Under the pieces are notes generated by a model, which saw only the letters and a list, made by a program, of their open reading frames with translations, was not told where the DNA came from and made no database searches. Positions 1-8,437 of a stretch of 64,000 bases of DNA are shown here, one piece after another (the first letter of the stretch is position 1; the number at the start of each line of letters is the position of its first letter). The stretch covers positions 4,000,001-4,064,000 of the forward strand of contig OZ243913.1 of NCBI GenBank assembly GCA_965213705.1. The letters are read 5' to 3'. A program made the position numbers and the translations under genes. The stretch comes from Trueperaceae bacterium. GTDB taxonomy: Bacteria > Deinococcota > Deinococci > Deinococcales > Trueperaceae.

Positions 1-2
1 AG

Positions 3-155
3 TGCGTGGGCTACCTGTGGGTTGAGGGCGACAAGTGGCGGGCGCGCGACGACGTGGGCGCACCCTTGGACGGGGTCGCGAACGACAGCGTTCACGGCGT
101 CCTGGCGGCCCTCTTCGCCGCGCGGCGCGAGCAGGTCTTTTTGACGGCTTTGTAG
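3..155 (+). CDS. 3' end of a hypothetical protein (truncated by window edge)
   Basis: Open frame with GC3-rich codons, CVGYLWVEGDKWRARDD...EQVFLTAL, ending at TAG 153-155. Confidence 0.5.
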   Translation, partial: CVGYLWVEGDKWRARDDVGAPLDGVANDSVHGVLAALFAARREQVFLTAL

Positions 156-215
156 CGGACGAACAAGTACTTTTCTGGCAAGGACTTTGCCGGCGCTCCG
201 TGGTAAAACAGGGCC

Positions 216-1022
216 ATGACGAACATCCGAGACCTTACCCACGACCTGCTGACAACTAAGGGCGTAGGGCAACCGCTCCCTTCCGCCGCCCCCGACTTCG
301 ACCTCGGGGCAAGTTACCAAGTCGCCCACGGCCTCTACCAAGCCCAAGTGAACCAGGGGAAAAAGCTCGTCGGCCGCAAAATCGGTATCAGCAACCGCGC
401 GGCCTGGGCCAAGCTGGGTTTGAGCGACGTGGTGTGGGGTTACGTCTTCGACGACACGGTCTTTTACGCCGAGGACAACCGCTACACCCTGTCCCTGGAG
501 AGCCTGCACGCGCCCAAGCTCGAGCCCGAAATCGTCTTCGGCTTGAAAAACGCACTGCCGACGGGCACCCGCGACCCAGTTGAACTTTTACAAGCGGTCG
601 AGTGGCTGGCGCTCGGCTTCGAGGTCGTACAGAACCCTTACCCGGACTGGCAGTTCAAACCCGCCGACTTGGTCGCCACCTTCGGGTTTCACGGGGCGCT
701 CGTGGTGGGGCATAAGGTGGGGCTCGAGGGCATGAGCCTGTCCCGTTTGGCCGGCACCCTCGCCGAAACTGTGGCGACGCTGTACAAAGATGACGAGGTC
801 GCGGCCGAGGGCGGCGGTAAAAACGTGATGGACAGCCCGGCGGTGGCGCTGGGACACATCGCCGACTTGATAGCTGCCGACCCCGACGCGGCACCGTTGC
901 AAGCGGGCGAGTTCGTCACCACCGGCACGCTCACCAACGCACCTGCGGTCGCTGCGGATGAAACGTACCGGGTCGAGGTTACGGGCTTGGACTTGTCACC
1001 GCTGACGCTGACTTTTTCTTAG
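216..1022 (+). CDS. 2-keto-4-pentenoate hydratase / fumarylacetoacetate hydrolase family protein
   Basis: GRKIG, PKLEPEI, LALGFEVV and GEFVTTGT motifs typical of MhpD/HpaH-like FAH family. Confidence 0.85.
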   Translation: MTNIRDLTHDLLTTKGVGQPLPSAAPDFDLGASYQVAHGLYQAQVNQGKKLVGRKIGISNRAAWAKLGLSDVVWGYVFDDTVFYAEDNRYTLSLESLHAPKLEPEIVFGLKNALPTGTRDPVELLQAVEWLALGFEVVQNPYPDWQFKPADLVATFGFHGALVVGHKVGLEGMSLSRLAGTLAETVATLYKDDEVAAEGGGKNVMDSPAVALGHIADLIAADPDAAPLQAGEFVTTGTLTNAPAVAADETYRVEVTGLDLSPLTLTFS

Positions 1023-1231
1023 AGCGTGTTATGAACTAGCCGGAAGCGCCAAAAAGGAGTAAGCCGCTTGAGCATGAGGAACGCCAAGAAATGCAGGCCA
1101 GCAAGCGTTTCAGGTTGTCTTTCATAGTCACGCGCCAAACGTCTAAGCCGAGCCGTCCTGGCAAACGAACGCTCCACCGCCCATTTTCTGGGCAGCAAGA
1201 CAAAGCCTTCTTGGCTTTCATAACACGCTCT
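1021..1231 (-). mobile_element. MITE-like internally deleted IS5-family element
   Basis: Perfect 15-bp inverted repeat AGAGCGTGTTATGAA (1021-1035) / TTCATAACACGCTCT (1217-1231); the minus strand encodes GFVLLPRKWAVERSFARTARLRRLARDYERQPETLAGLHFLAFLML, the IS5 transposase C-terminus. Confidence 0.85.
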
Positions 1232-1279
1232 CGCAAGATGAGGGTGAATAGTAGGTGTCGGTTCATATTTGATGTCTGG

Positions 1280-2110
1280 TTAAAGCTCTTCGAGAAGTTC
1301 TAAAAGCTTGTACTTGTGCTCCTCTTGTGCCAAATTGAGCACACGTTCGAGGGCAGGGTCAGAAAAGTCTAACCACCAGCTATCAAAAGCACTTTGCATT
1401 TCCATTTCGTACCAACTCTGGTCTTCATTGCCTAAGCCCGCCGTATCAGATAGCCAGACAACAGGGCCATCAAGCTTACGCAGGTAGTACAAACTGTCTG
1501 TGAGAGATGTCAATCTTTTTACAAGGTTGAACCTCTCACAGAGTTCTGAACCGAAAATCATGGTGTTGGCATAATTGCGCCAAGGTTCCGCAATATTTCC
1601 AAAGTGGGCTCTATCCCAGTCAATTTGGTTTGCCGATGAACTCCAGGCAAACGTGGGCTGAAGTATTTCCACGACTTTCTCAAGCAGAAATCTAGTCGGA
1701 AGGTGGTTGTTTGTGGTTGAGTTGTTAAAAGGAAAATTGAGGGTAAGCAGAGCATCTTTTTTAACCTCACCATATACTCCTTGGTTATTCCTTAAACCTA
1801 TGTAGAGGTGTTGGTACCCTCTGCTAGGCAGGTAGACTTCTGGCACCTCACCCAGCTGAATTTCGACTCCAGTAGCAACTACACCGTCTGTATCTTTTTT
1901 GGGCGGGGAATCAATAAATCCATTCTTTTCAATTTCACTGTAGATCTGATTCACATAATTTTGGTCTCCGACAAGAACTTTGTACTTCCAACTGGGAATG
2001 TGACAGTCAGGGTAGCGTTTCTTTTCTAGCTTTGGAGATATGAGCTGTTGCATGCGTGCCGCGAAGTCATTTCGCGGCACGAGCATAATGAGTGTATGTG
2101 TTATCGACAT
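1280..2110 (-). CDS. Low-GC hypothetical protein (276 aa), probably horizontally acquired
   Basis: Long ORF in a visibly AT-rich segment; no motif recognised. Confidence 0.7.
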   Translation of the reverse strand: MSITHTLIMLVPRNDFAARMQQLISPKLEKKRYPDCHIPSWKYKVLVGDQNYVNQIYSEIEKNGFIDSPPKKDTDGVVATGVEIQLGEVPEVYLPSRGYQHLYIGLRNNQGVYGEVKKDALLTLNFPFNNSTTNNHLPTRFLLEKVVEILQPTFAWSSSANQIDWDRAHFGNIAEPWRNYANTMIFGSELCERFNLVKRLTSLTDSLYYLRKLDGPVVWLSDTAGLGNEDQSWYEMEMQSAFDSWWLDFSDPALERVLNLAQEEHKYKLLELLEEL

Positions 2111-2179
2111 TACACCAACCTATAATGGATTCCCACCGAAATCCAAAACCTCTATACAAACATCGCCCTCACATTTTTT

Positions 2180-2499
2180 TGAGAAAGTTAAGTCTTGAAC
2201 ACTGCTGCAAACCATCGTCACGTTTTCTTCTAAGCCGTGACGCGCGACAGCTTCACGAGCTTTAGCCAGCATATCTTGCGAGGAGTCGGCCAAAAGAACT
2301 CTGTGTCTAAGCTGAGCAAGCCGGATTGACAGGTGTTCTATGCCGCCCATACCAAGAATGTCCAGCGACTCGGTTTCGAGTTCAAGATGATTTGACAGAG
2401 GTCTTCCCATAAAACGTTCAACCGTATGTAACCTTTCGACGTTCCGTAAACTTCGCCTTCAAAGTCTTCAGCTATACCGTCGAAATGAATATCTGTCAC
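2180..2499 (-). pseudogene. CmoM/SmtA-like SAM methyltransferase pseudogene
   Basis: GTG at 2499 gives MTDIHFDGIAEDFEGEVYGTSKGYIRLNVLWEDL (resembles the CmoM N-terminus); frameshift near 2395 into LDILGMGG...VLLADSSQDMLAKAREAV...; truncated near 2180. Confidence 0.75.
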
Positions 2500-2549
2500 G
2501 AGCGCCCTTTCACTCTCTACAAGGCTGAAAAAGTGACTAAACTCGTTGT

Positions 2550-3830
2550 TTACGGCTGTAATCTGCTCCCGTCCCGCGGAAAGGCTCGAGCAAACCTCAC
2601 GTTGGAAATCCCCAACAGCAGCGCCGTAAGCCGCTCCGCGCCGATGGCGAAGCCGCCGTGGGGCGGCATCCCGTGTTTGAACACCTGCAAGTAGCCCGCA
2701 AACGCCTCGGGGTTCATGTTGCGCTTTTTCAACTCCTCGACGAGCATAGCGTACTCGTTCACCCGCTGCCCGCCCGAGGTGATTTCGACGCCCCGAAAAA
2801 TCAGGTCGAGGCCGCGGGTGAGGCCGTTCTCGAGCGGATACGTGTAAAAGGGCCGCGCCGCCTGCGGGTAATGCGTGACGAACACGAAGTCGCTGCCGTA
2901 CTCCTCCAAAGCCCAGCGGCTGATTAAGCGCTCGGCCTCGGGGTCCAAGTCTTTGCCGCCCGAGGCGTGACCGTAGCGTTCCTTGACGATTTCGCGCGCC
3001 TCGATCAGCGGTACCCGCGGGAAGGCCACGTCAAGGTTGGGGATTTTTGCGTTCAGCAGCTCGAGCTGCGCCGCGCAGGTCTCCCCCACCTCTGCCATGA
3101 TGTTTTTAATCAGCGCTTCTTCCAAGTCCATCACGTCGCCGTCATCCTCGATAAAGCCCAGCTCCACGTCGAGCGACAGGTATTCGGCGAGGTGGCGGCT
3201 CGTGTTGGACAGCTCGGCGCGGTAGACCGGGGCTACTTCAAACACGCGCTCGAACACGCCGACCATGATTTGCTTGTAGAGTTGCGGCGACTGCGCCAGG
3301 TACGCGCGCCTGCCGTAATAGTCGACCTCGAACAAATTAGCGCCGCCCTCCGCGCCCGCCGCGACGAGCTTGGGCGTGAAGATTTCGGTGAAGTCCTGCG
3401 CGTTCAAGTAAGCGCGGAACGCCCGTACTAGTTCGGCCTGCACCTTCAGCGTCGCCTTGGCCTTGAGGCCGCGCACCGAGACGTGGCGGTACTCGAGCAA
3501 GGTTTCCGGGTTGGCCTGCCAGTCCTCTTTGGGCAATTCAATGGGGGTGGGCTCGGTGGCTTCGCTAAGGGTCTCGAGCGTGTGCGCCTGCACCTCCAGA
3601 CCGCCCGGCGCTTTTTTGTTTTCGACCACTTTGCCGGTCACACGCACGCTGCTTTCGGCGAGCGGGATGCTCGTGTTTTCGAAAACGCACTGCACCGTGC
3701 CGCTGCGGTCGCGCAGGATTAAAAAGCTGACGCCGCCCAGGTCGCGGCGGTTGTGAACCCAACCCTGCAGGGTGACTTCTTTGCCTACGTGAGCGGGCAG
3801 AGTCGAGACGAGCGTTCGCGTTTCTGTCAT
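2550..3830 (-). CDS. aspS: Non-discriminating (archaeal-type) aspartyl-tRNA(Asp/Asn) synthetase
   Basis: OB-fold GWVHNRRDLGG, AEGGANLF, LAQSPQLYKQ, motif 2 YRAE, motif 3 PPHGGFAIGAER; about 426 aa with no GAD insert. Confidence 0.93.
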   Translation of the reverse strand: MTETRTLVSTLPAHVGKEVTLQGWVHNRRDLGGVSFLILRDRSGTVQCVFENTSIPLAESSVRVTGKVVENKKAPGGLEVQAHTLETLSEATEPTPIELPKEDWQANPETLLEYRHVSVRGLKAKATLKVQAELVRAFRAYLNAQDFTEIFTPKLVAAGAEGGANLFEVDYYGRRAYLAQSPQLYKQIMVGVFERVFEVAPVYRAELSNTSRHLAEYLSLDVELGFIEDDGDVMDLEEALIKNIMAEVGETCAAQLELLNAKIPNLDVAFPRVPLIEAREIVKERYGHASGGKDLDPEAERLISRWALEEYGSDFVFVTHYPQAARPFYTYPLENGLTRGLDLIFRGVEITSGGQRVNEYAMLVEELKKRNMNPEAFAGYLQVFKHGMPPHGGFAIGAERLTALLLGISNVRFARAFPRDGSRLQP

Positions 3831-3855
3831 AAGTTTCCCTTCGAGCCGCGCCCCA

Positions 3856-3886
3856 AACAAAAACCCCGAGGCTCTAGCCTCGGGGT
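3856..3886 (-). terminator. Intrinsic terminator in the aspS leader (attenuator)
   Basis: Minus strand ACCCCGAGGC-TAGA-GCCTCGGGGT followed by TTTTGTTT. Confidence 0.85.
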
Positions 3887-3907
3887 GAACGGCGGTGACC
3901 GACGCTT

Positions 3908-3964
3908 TTACGCCCCGAGACCTCCGCCGAAATTATCGTCGCTGTAGTTGAAGCGCGTCGTCAT
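3908..3964 (-). CDS. Putative leader peptide MTTRFNYSDDNFGGGLGA (Asn/Asp-sensing)
   Basis: ATG at 3964 to TAA at 3908; AAC-TAC-AGC-GAC-GAT-AAT cluster; lies between a promoter and a terminator. Confidence 0.7.
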   Translation of the reverse strand: MTTRFNYSDDNFGGGLGA

Positions 3965-3972
3965 CGCCGGGT

Positions 3973-4001
3973 ATCGTAGCAGGGGGGCTGTAGCGTGTCA
4001 A
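3973..4001 (-). promoter_or_regulatory. Sigma70 promoter of the aspS leader
   Basis: TTGACA (4001-3996), 17-nt spacer, TG-n-TACGAT (3978-3973); 8 nt upstream of the leader ATG. Confidence 0.8.
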
Positions 4002-4022
4002 CAGCGGCGGGCTCGAGCCGCC

Positions 4023-4370
4023 TCAACCCCTGAGCTGTTCCAGGGTGATGCCCAAGGCGTTGGCGACCTTCTCGAGCGTAGCTTTGCGGGGCCGCTTGGC
4101 GGCTTCGGTTTGTGAAAGGGACGCCTGTGAAACGCCCATGCGGGCGGCGACTTCTTCTTGAGAGAGGTTCAGGTACTCGCGCCAGGCTTTTACCATCGAC
4201 ACCTCTTCACCGATGGAACGCTTGACCACTTCCCAAGGTATGTAGGGGTCTTCGGGTATTCGGGAGTTGCCAAGTAACTGTGGCGCGTGTTCGCGCAGAA
4301 CGTCGGTAGGAACGAGTGCGTAGTTACGGCCTTCTATAGTGAGCGTTTGAACTTCAGTAGGTGTGGTCAT
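4023..4370 (-). CDS. XRE/HigA-type HTH antitoxin
   Basis: VKAWREYLNLSQEEVAARMGVSQASLSQTE Cro/C1 HTH; overlaps the upstream toxin gene. Confidence 0.85.
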   Translation of the reverse strand: MTTPTEVQTLTIEGRNYALVPTDVLREHAPQLLGNSRIPEDPYIPWEVVKRSIGEEVSMVKAWREYLNLSQEEVAARMGVSQASLSQTEAAKRPRKATLEKVANALGITLEQLRG

Positions 4371-4617
4371 CTCGCCTTTCAACCTCCTCAATAAAAATAA
4401 CTCTAACGTCTTTGCCCACGTCGAAAAAGACGCGAAACCTGCCGACGCGTAAGCGGTAACCGTAGGTATGACGGGTGAGCGCTTTGACCCCCGTGACCTC
4501 GGGCCAGTTGGCAAGCGCACCGATAGCATCTTCCAATGCCTGATAGTCGCGACGATATTTCTTAGCAAGCTTGCGAAGTTGTCTCGCAGCTTTTGCCTGT
4601 ACCCTCACCGAATACAC
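4354..4617 (-). CDS. RelE/ParE (HigB-type) toxin
   Basis: 87 aa; GVKAL...YRLRVGRFRVFF...IEEVERRDDHTY; toxin-first order. Confidence 0.88.
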   Translation of the reverse strand: MYSVRVQAKAARQLRKLAKKYRRDYQALEDAIGALANWPEVTGVKALTRHTYGYRLRVGRFRVFFDVGKDVRVIFIEEVERRDDHTY

Positions 4618-4624
4618 AACTGTA

Positions 4625-4645
4625 CTATAAGCTTTCTATAAGCTT
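4625..4645. promoter_or_regulatory. Tandem CTATAAGCTT x2, candidate TA autoregulatory operator
   Basis: Identical 10-mers at 4625-4634 and 4636-4645, just upstream of the toxin start. Confidence 0.45.
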
Positions 4646-4790
4646 GTATCACTATCAAAAACACTTTTGATGAGCGAGAACTAGCCGCCTTACACCGCCC
4701 GCTCGTTCCGCTCGGGCTCGAGCCTACACACTAACAGGTTGAGTAGCGCCTAAACCTTAAAAGCCCTATGATAAAAGTACGCGTGACGAA

Positions 4791-4975
4791 ATGCTCGACA
4801 GAATTACCCTCGACCTTGCCGTCTGCCACGGTTAAGCCCTGCGCGGTTTGCGTTATCCCGTCGAGACCCTGCTCGAGCTGCTAGGGAGCGGTATTTTTTT
4901 GACGAAATCTTGGCAGATTATAAAGACTCAGAACGCGAAGACGTAAAGGCGGCTTTGACTTATGCTGCTCGCTAA
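4791..4975 (+). pseudogene. DUF433 family antitoxin pseudogene
   Basis: MLDRITLDLAVCHG*..LRGLRYPVETLLELLGSG / [24 protein letters not shown], with an in-frame stop and a frameshift. Confidence 0.75.
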
Positions 4976-5379
4976 CGTAGGTAGCCCTCGAGCCTCCGAA
5001 CATGCTCCACGTCCTTGGGCCTGTTGAGCTTCCGTTTGAACGCCAACACGTCGTGCAAACTAGCAAAAGGCAAACCGTTTATCAGCACGGCCCGGTCGAT
5101 AATCGCGTCTGTGTCCATGTCCAGCCAGCCGTCGAAAACGTCCACGCCGTCCGCTAAGCGAATTATCCTATCGCCGTCGGGAGCCGTTTCTAAACTGCCG
5201 AGCGTAGTTGCCTTGAGCCAGGCCGCGCCTCGAGCCAGCAGGTCAACGTCGCCGACGTGCTCGACGAGTCCGTGCGCCAACAACGGGCCGCTGCCGAAGA
5301 CGGCGTAGTCCTGCGGAGGCAGACACAGCGCTGAGACTCGAGCTTTAAGTTCGGTAAGTGTTAGGCTAATTTGTGACAA
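4972..5379 (-). CDS. Hypothetical protein, nucleotidyltransferase-like fold
   Basis: [14 protein letters not shown]...GDVDLL...KRKLNRPKD pattern; start uncertain. Confidence 0.7.
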   Translation of the reverse strand: MSQISLTLTELKARVSALCLPPQDYAVFGSGPLLAHGLVEHVGDVDLLARGAAWLKATTLGSLETAPDGDRIIRLADGVDVFDGWLDMDTDAIIDRAVLINGLPFASLHDVLAFKRKLNRPKDVEHVRRLEGYLR

Positions 5380-5689
5380 CCGCCGTCCCGTTCGCGGTGA
5401 CCAGGAGCATACTGCCCGAGTCGCCGAAGGTGATGTTCTCATAGTCGAGGTCTACACCGACGATGGCGTTGGCCCCGAGCTTTTCAGCCGCCTCTTGCAT
5501 TTCGCGGAGCGCTATTTCTTTGGCCTCGCGCAGCGCCTGTTCGTAAGCGCCGCTGCGCCCGCCGACGATGTTGCGGATGTTGGCGAAAAAGTCGCGGAAG
5601 ACGTTCGCGCCCAAAATCGCCTCGCCCGAGACGATGCCTTTAGACTCCCGAATCTCCTTGCCCTGCACGACCGAGGTGGTAACCAACAT
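5366..5689 (-). CDS. UPF0145 / YbjQ family protein
   Basis: [33 protein letters not shown]...[13 protein letters not shown]...GTAV. Confidence 0.92.
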   Translation of the reverse strand: MLVTTSVVQGKEIRESKGIVSGEAILGANVFRDFFANIRNIVGGRSGAYEQALREAKEIALREMQEAAEKLGANAIVGVDLDYENITFGDSGSMLLVTANGTAVVTN

Positions 5690-5720
5690 AAAACCTCCGG
5701 CTGCAAGCATAGCAAAGGCT

Positions 5721-5978
5721 TCAAGCAGCTTCGGCAAGGCCGAAAAACTCGGCGTAACTTGTATCCGAACCGAGCTGCGCAAACGGTAAGGTTTTACCCT
5801 CCTCGCTTTTCACCCGCCGGAAGTGGGTGCCGTGTTTGGGTTTGCGGTGGTATTCCAAAATTCTCACGCGCTCGCCGCCGACGGGTTTTAAAACAGAACG
5901 CACCGTCGTTCCCAAGCTCGTCGTCTTTTCGAAGACGACGCCGGTCTCTTGAAGGTCAAAGTTACTTGATTTGGTCAC
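5721..5978 (-). CDS. Small hypothetical protein
   Basis: GTG start, [18 protein letters not shown]...; co-oriented with ybjQ. Confidence 0.5.
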   Translation of the reverse strand: MTKSSNFDLQETGVVFEKTTSLGTTVRSVLKPVGGERVRILEYHRKPKHGTHFRRVKSEEGKTLPFAQLGSDTSYAEFFGLAEAA

Positions 5979-6155
5979 GAGATAGTGTACCTTATTATTT
6001 AAGGTAGCAACAGGAGCCGTGACGAACGAGGCTTCGGAGGTGAACGGACTAGGTAGGGAAGCACTCGAGAGTGAGCCGGCAAGGCGATTTTCGGGCGCGG
6101 GTGCCTCTGGTACGAAGGCTATACTGGGGTTAGCAAGTGACCCAAGGAGACACGT

Positions 6156-7106
6156 ATGTCTGACCACCTAAACGATTCACCTCTTACCCCTTTCGGCGAC
6201 CCGGACGCGGCGACCCGCTCGGGTTTTATCGCGCTGCTCGGCAAGCCCAACGTCGGCAAGTCGACGCTGCTCAACACCCTGTTGGGCGTCAAGGTCGCGC
6301 CGATTACGCCCAAGCCGCAGACCACGCGCCGCGGCGTGCGCGGCATCTACACCCAAGACGACCGCCAACTCGTCTTTGTCGACACGCCGGGGCTGCACCG
6401 GGCGCAGGACGCGCTCGGCAACTACATGAACCGCGAGGTGAGGTCGGCTGTAATCGACGTGGACGGAATTTTGTGGGTCGTCGACCTGCGCCGCCCGCCC
6501 GGCGACGAGGACAAGGACGTGGCGCGGCTTCTCAAAGGCATCGACCCGGACACGCCCGTCTACCTCGTCGGCAACAAGGTCGACAGTGCCAAGTATCCCG
6601 ACGAGGCCCTCGAGCTGTACCAAGACCTCTACCCGGACTTAAAACGCGTCTACAGCTTGAGCGCGCTGAACGACCCCAAGGCCGTGTACGCGCTGCGCGA
6701 CGACCTGTTCGAACTCATTCCCGAAAACCCGTTTTTCTTTCCCGCCGACATCCGCTCAGACCAGTCGCGCGAGGACTGGGTAGCTGAAATCGTGCGCGAG
6801 AGCGCCATGATTCACCTGCGCCAGGAGCTGCCCTACACGGTCGCGGTGCAGGTCGCGGAGTGGCGCGCGCCCGAAAAAGAGGGTGAAGCGATTTACATCC
6901 TCGCCGAGATTTGGGTCGAGCGGGGCAACCACCGGATGATAGTCCTCGGCAAGGGCGGCAAGATGATCAAGGAAATCGGCCGCACGGCTCGCAAGCAGCT
7001 CGAGGTTTTTTTGGACCACAAAATCTACCTCGACTTAGAAGTCACCGTCCACAAAAACTGGCGCGAAGACTTGGACGCGCTGCGCGAACTCGGTTATGAG
7101 AACTGA
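6156..7106 (+). CDS. era: GTPase Era
   Basis: GKPNVGKST, PQTTR, DTPG, NKVD and KH domain GKGGKMIKEIG; AGGAG RBS. Confidence 0.97.
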   Translation: MSDHLNDSPLTPFGDPDAATRSGFIALLGKPNVGKSTLLNTLLGVKVAPITPKPQTTRRGVRGIYTQDDRQLVFVDTPGLHRAQDALGNYMNREVRSAVIDVDGILWVVDLRRPPGDEDKDVARLLKGIDPDTPVYLVGNKVDSAKYPDEALELYQDLYPDLKRVYSLSALNDPKAVYALRDDLFELIPENPFFFPADIRSDQSREDWVAEIVRESAMIHLRQELPYTVAVQVAEWRAPEKEGEAIYILAEIWVERGNHRMIVLGKGGKMIKEIGRTARKQLEVFLDHKIYLDLEVTVHKNWREDLDALRELGYEN

Positions 7107-7132
7107 AGACGACTTAGGGCGTTCTGGGCCAG

Positions 7133-7183
7133 TAGCTTGTAGCTTGTGGCTTGTAGAAAAACCACTGGTTACGAGCCACAAGC
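7133..7183. repeat. Heptamer repeat (TAGCTTG)n forming a hairpin
   Basis: TAGCTTG TAGCTTG TGGCTTG; arm 7142-7155 pairs with 7170-7183 (one mismatch). Confidence 0.7.
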
Positions 7184-7246
7184 CGCTGACGTCGGCAAGC
7201 CTCCGGTACAAGGAACCCAAAAGCCCGTCTTCTTGCTACTGGACCC

Positions 7247-7600
7247 GTGCCGCTTTTCGCCCGCTGGCGTAGCCTCTCGGCGCTCCCGGCGCGGCGCGGA
7301 CGGGACGCGGCGCCGGGCGTGTACGAACTCGCCGACGAAGGCAAGACGCTCCTCTATATCGGCCAGTCCGCCAAGGACGTGCCCAACCGCATCCGGCAAC
7401 ACCTGCAAAAAGAGGGCTGTATTCAGACGCGCGCTCGCTACTGGCGTTACAGCTACAGCCGCGTTCCACAAGCCGAAGAAGCCGAGCACTTGGCCCGCTA
7501 CGCGGCTCAAAACGACCTCAGCCTGCCGCCTTGCAACCGCGCCAACCAACGCGTGCGCGACGCGGCGCAGCGGTATAACGAGCGCAGCCGTTCCCAGTGA
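7247..7600 (+). CDS. GIY-YIG nuclease-like small protein
   Basis: PGVYEL...LYIGQS...NRIRQH...E...PPCN. Confidence 0.75.
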   Translation: MPLFARWRSLSALPARRGRDAAPGVYELADEGKTLLYIGQSAKDVPNRIRQHLQKEGCIQTRARYWRYSYSRVPQAEEAEHLARYAAQNDLSLPPCNRANQRVRDAAQRYNERSRSQ

Positions 7601-7745
7601 ACTGTGTAAGCGCTCCAAATACGCGCCCAAAAGCCTCTTTATACTTTGGGTACGGCCGGGTTGCACTTGTGAGCATTTACACAGTGTGATATAACCGTGA
7701 CGAACAGAGGGGGGATTTTCCCCTCACAACTCATTGGAGGAGAAC

Positions 7746-8240
7746 ATGCGCAAACTGGTTATTTTGTTGAGTTTTCTCGCCCTCAGCTTCGGCACCGTCT
7801 TTGCCCAGACGGACGACGCCAGCGTGTCGGTCAACCTAAACATCAACAACGCCGTCACCGAAAACTACTGGGCGGGCATTTCGTTCGGCTACCCCGGTAT
7901 TTACGGGCACTTCGGCCTGAAAGACATCATCGGCACCGGCGGCGACGTGCGCGCTAACCTGGGCTACAACTACGTCGGGGGCCGCTTCGCCATCGGCGCG
8001 GACGCCCTTTTCGACATCAACCTCAACGTGGACGCGCCCCTGGGTCTTTACCTGGGCGGCGGCCCTTACATCAACGTCGGCAACAGGTTTGTCTTCGGGG
8101 TCGAGGGTTTGGCGGGTTTGGAGTACCGACTGAGCGATTTCGGTTTCAATCCGGGCGCTGTTTTCTTTGAACTCGGCCCGGCTATCGGCACGAACGGTTT
8201 CGACTTTCGCAGCCGGGTAGGATTCAACTACTACTTCTAA
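7746..8240 (+). CDS. Secreted outer-membrane beta-barrel-like protein
   Basis: GGAGG RBS; signal peptide MRKLVILL...VFA; alternating beta strands; C-terminal GFNYYF. Confidence 0.8.
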   Translation: MRKLVILLSFLALSFGTVFAQTDDASVSVNLNINNAVTENYWAGISFGYPGIYGHFGLKDIIGTGGDVRANLGYNYVGGRFAIGADALFDINLNVDAPLGLYLGGGPYINVGNRFVFGVEGLAGLEYRLSDFGFNPGAVFFELGPAIGTNGFDFRSRVGFNYYF

Positions 8241-8254
8241 ATCGGACGAACTGT

Positions 8255-8292
8255 AAAAAAGAGGCTCGAGTCGTGCTCGAGCCTCTTTTTTT
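8255..8292. terminator. Bidirectional intrinsic terminator
   Basis: A6-GAGGCTCGAG-TCGTG-CTCGAGCCTC-T7 between convergent genes. Confidence 0.9.
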
Positions 8293-8378
8293 GTACATCC
8301 CTTTCAGGCTTGAACGCCTCGAGCTGCACTGGCCTTGTCTCCTCTTTCAGCGTCCTGAACGTCCTTTTTCACCACACC

Positions 8379-8407
8379 GTAGGGGCGGGTTTGAAACCCG
8401 CCCCTAC
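8379..8407. repeat. GTAG-family REP palindrome
   Basis: GTAGGGGCGGGTTTGAAACCCGCCCCTAC; partial second copy at 63456-63477. Confidence 0.8.
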
Positions 8408-8437
8408 ACAACAGATGCACAACGGGTGGGAGCAACC

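Noticed and set aside
3831..3990. T-box riboswitch upstream of aspS
   Set aside because: Leader is too short and lacks the T-box core (GGTGGNACCGCG); a leader-peptide attenuator fits better
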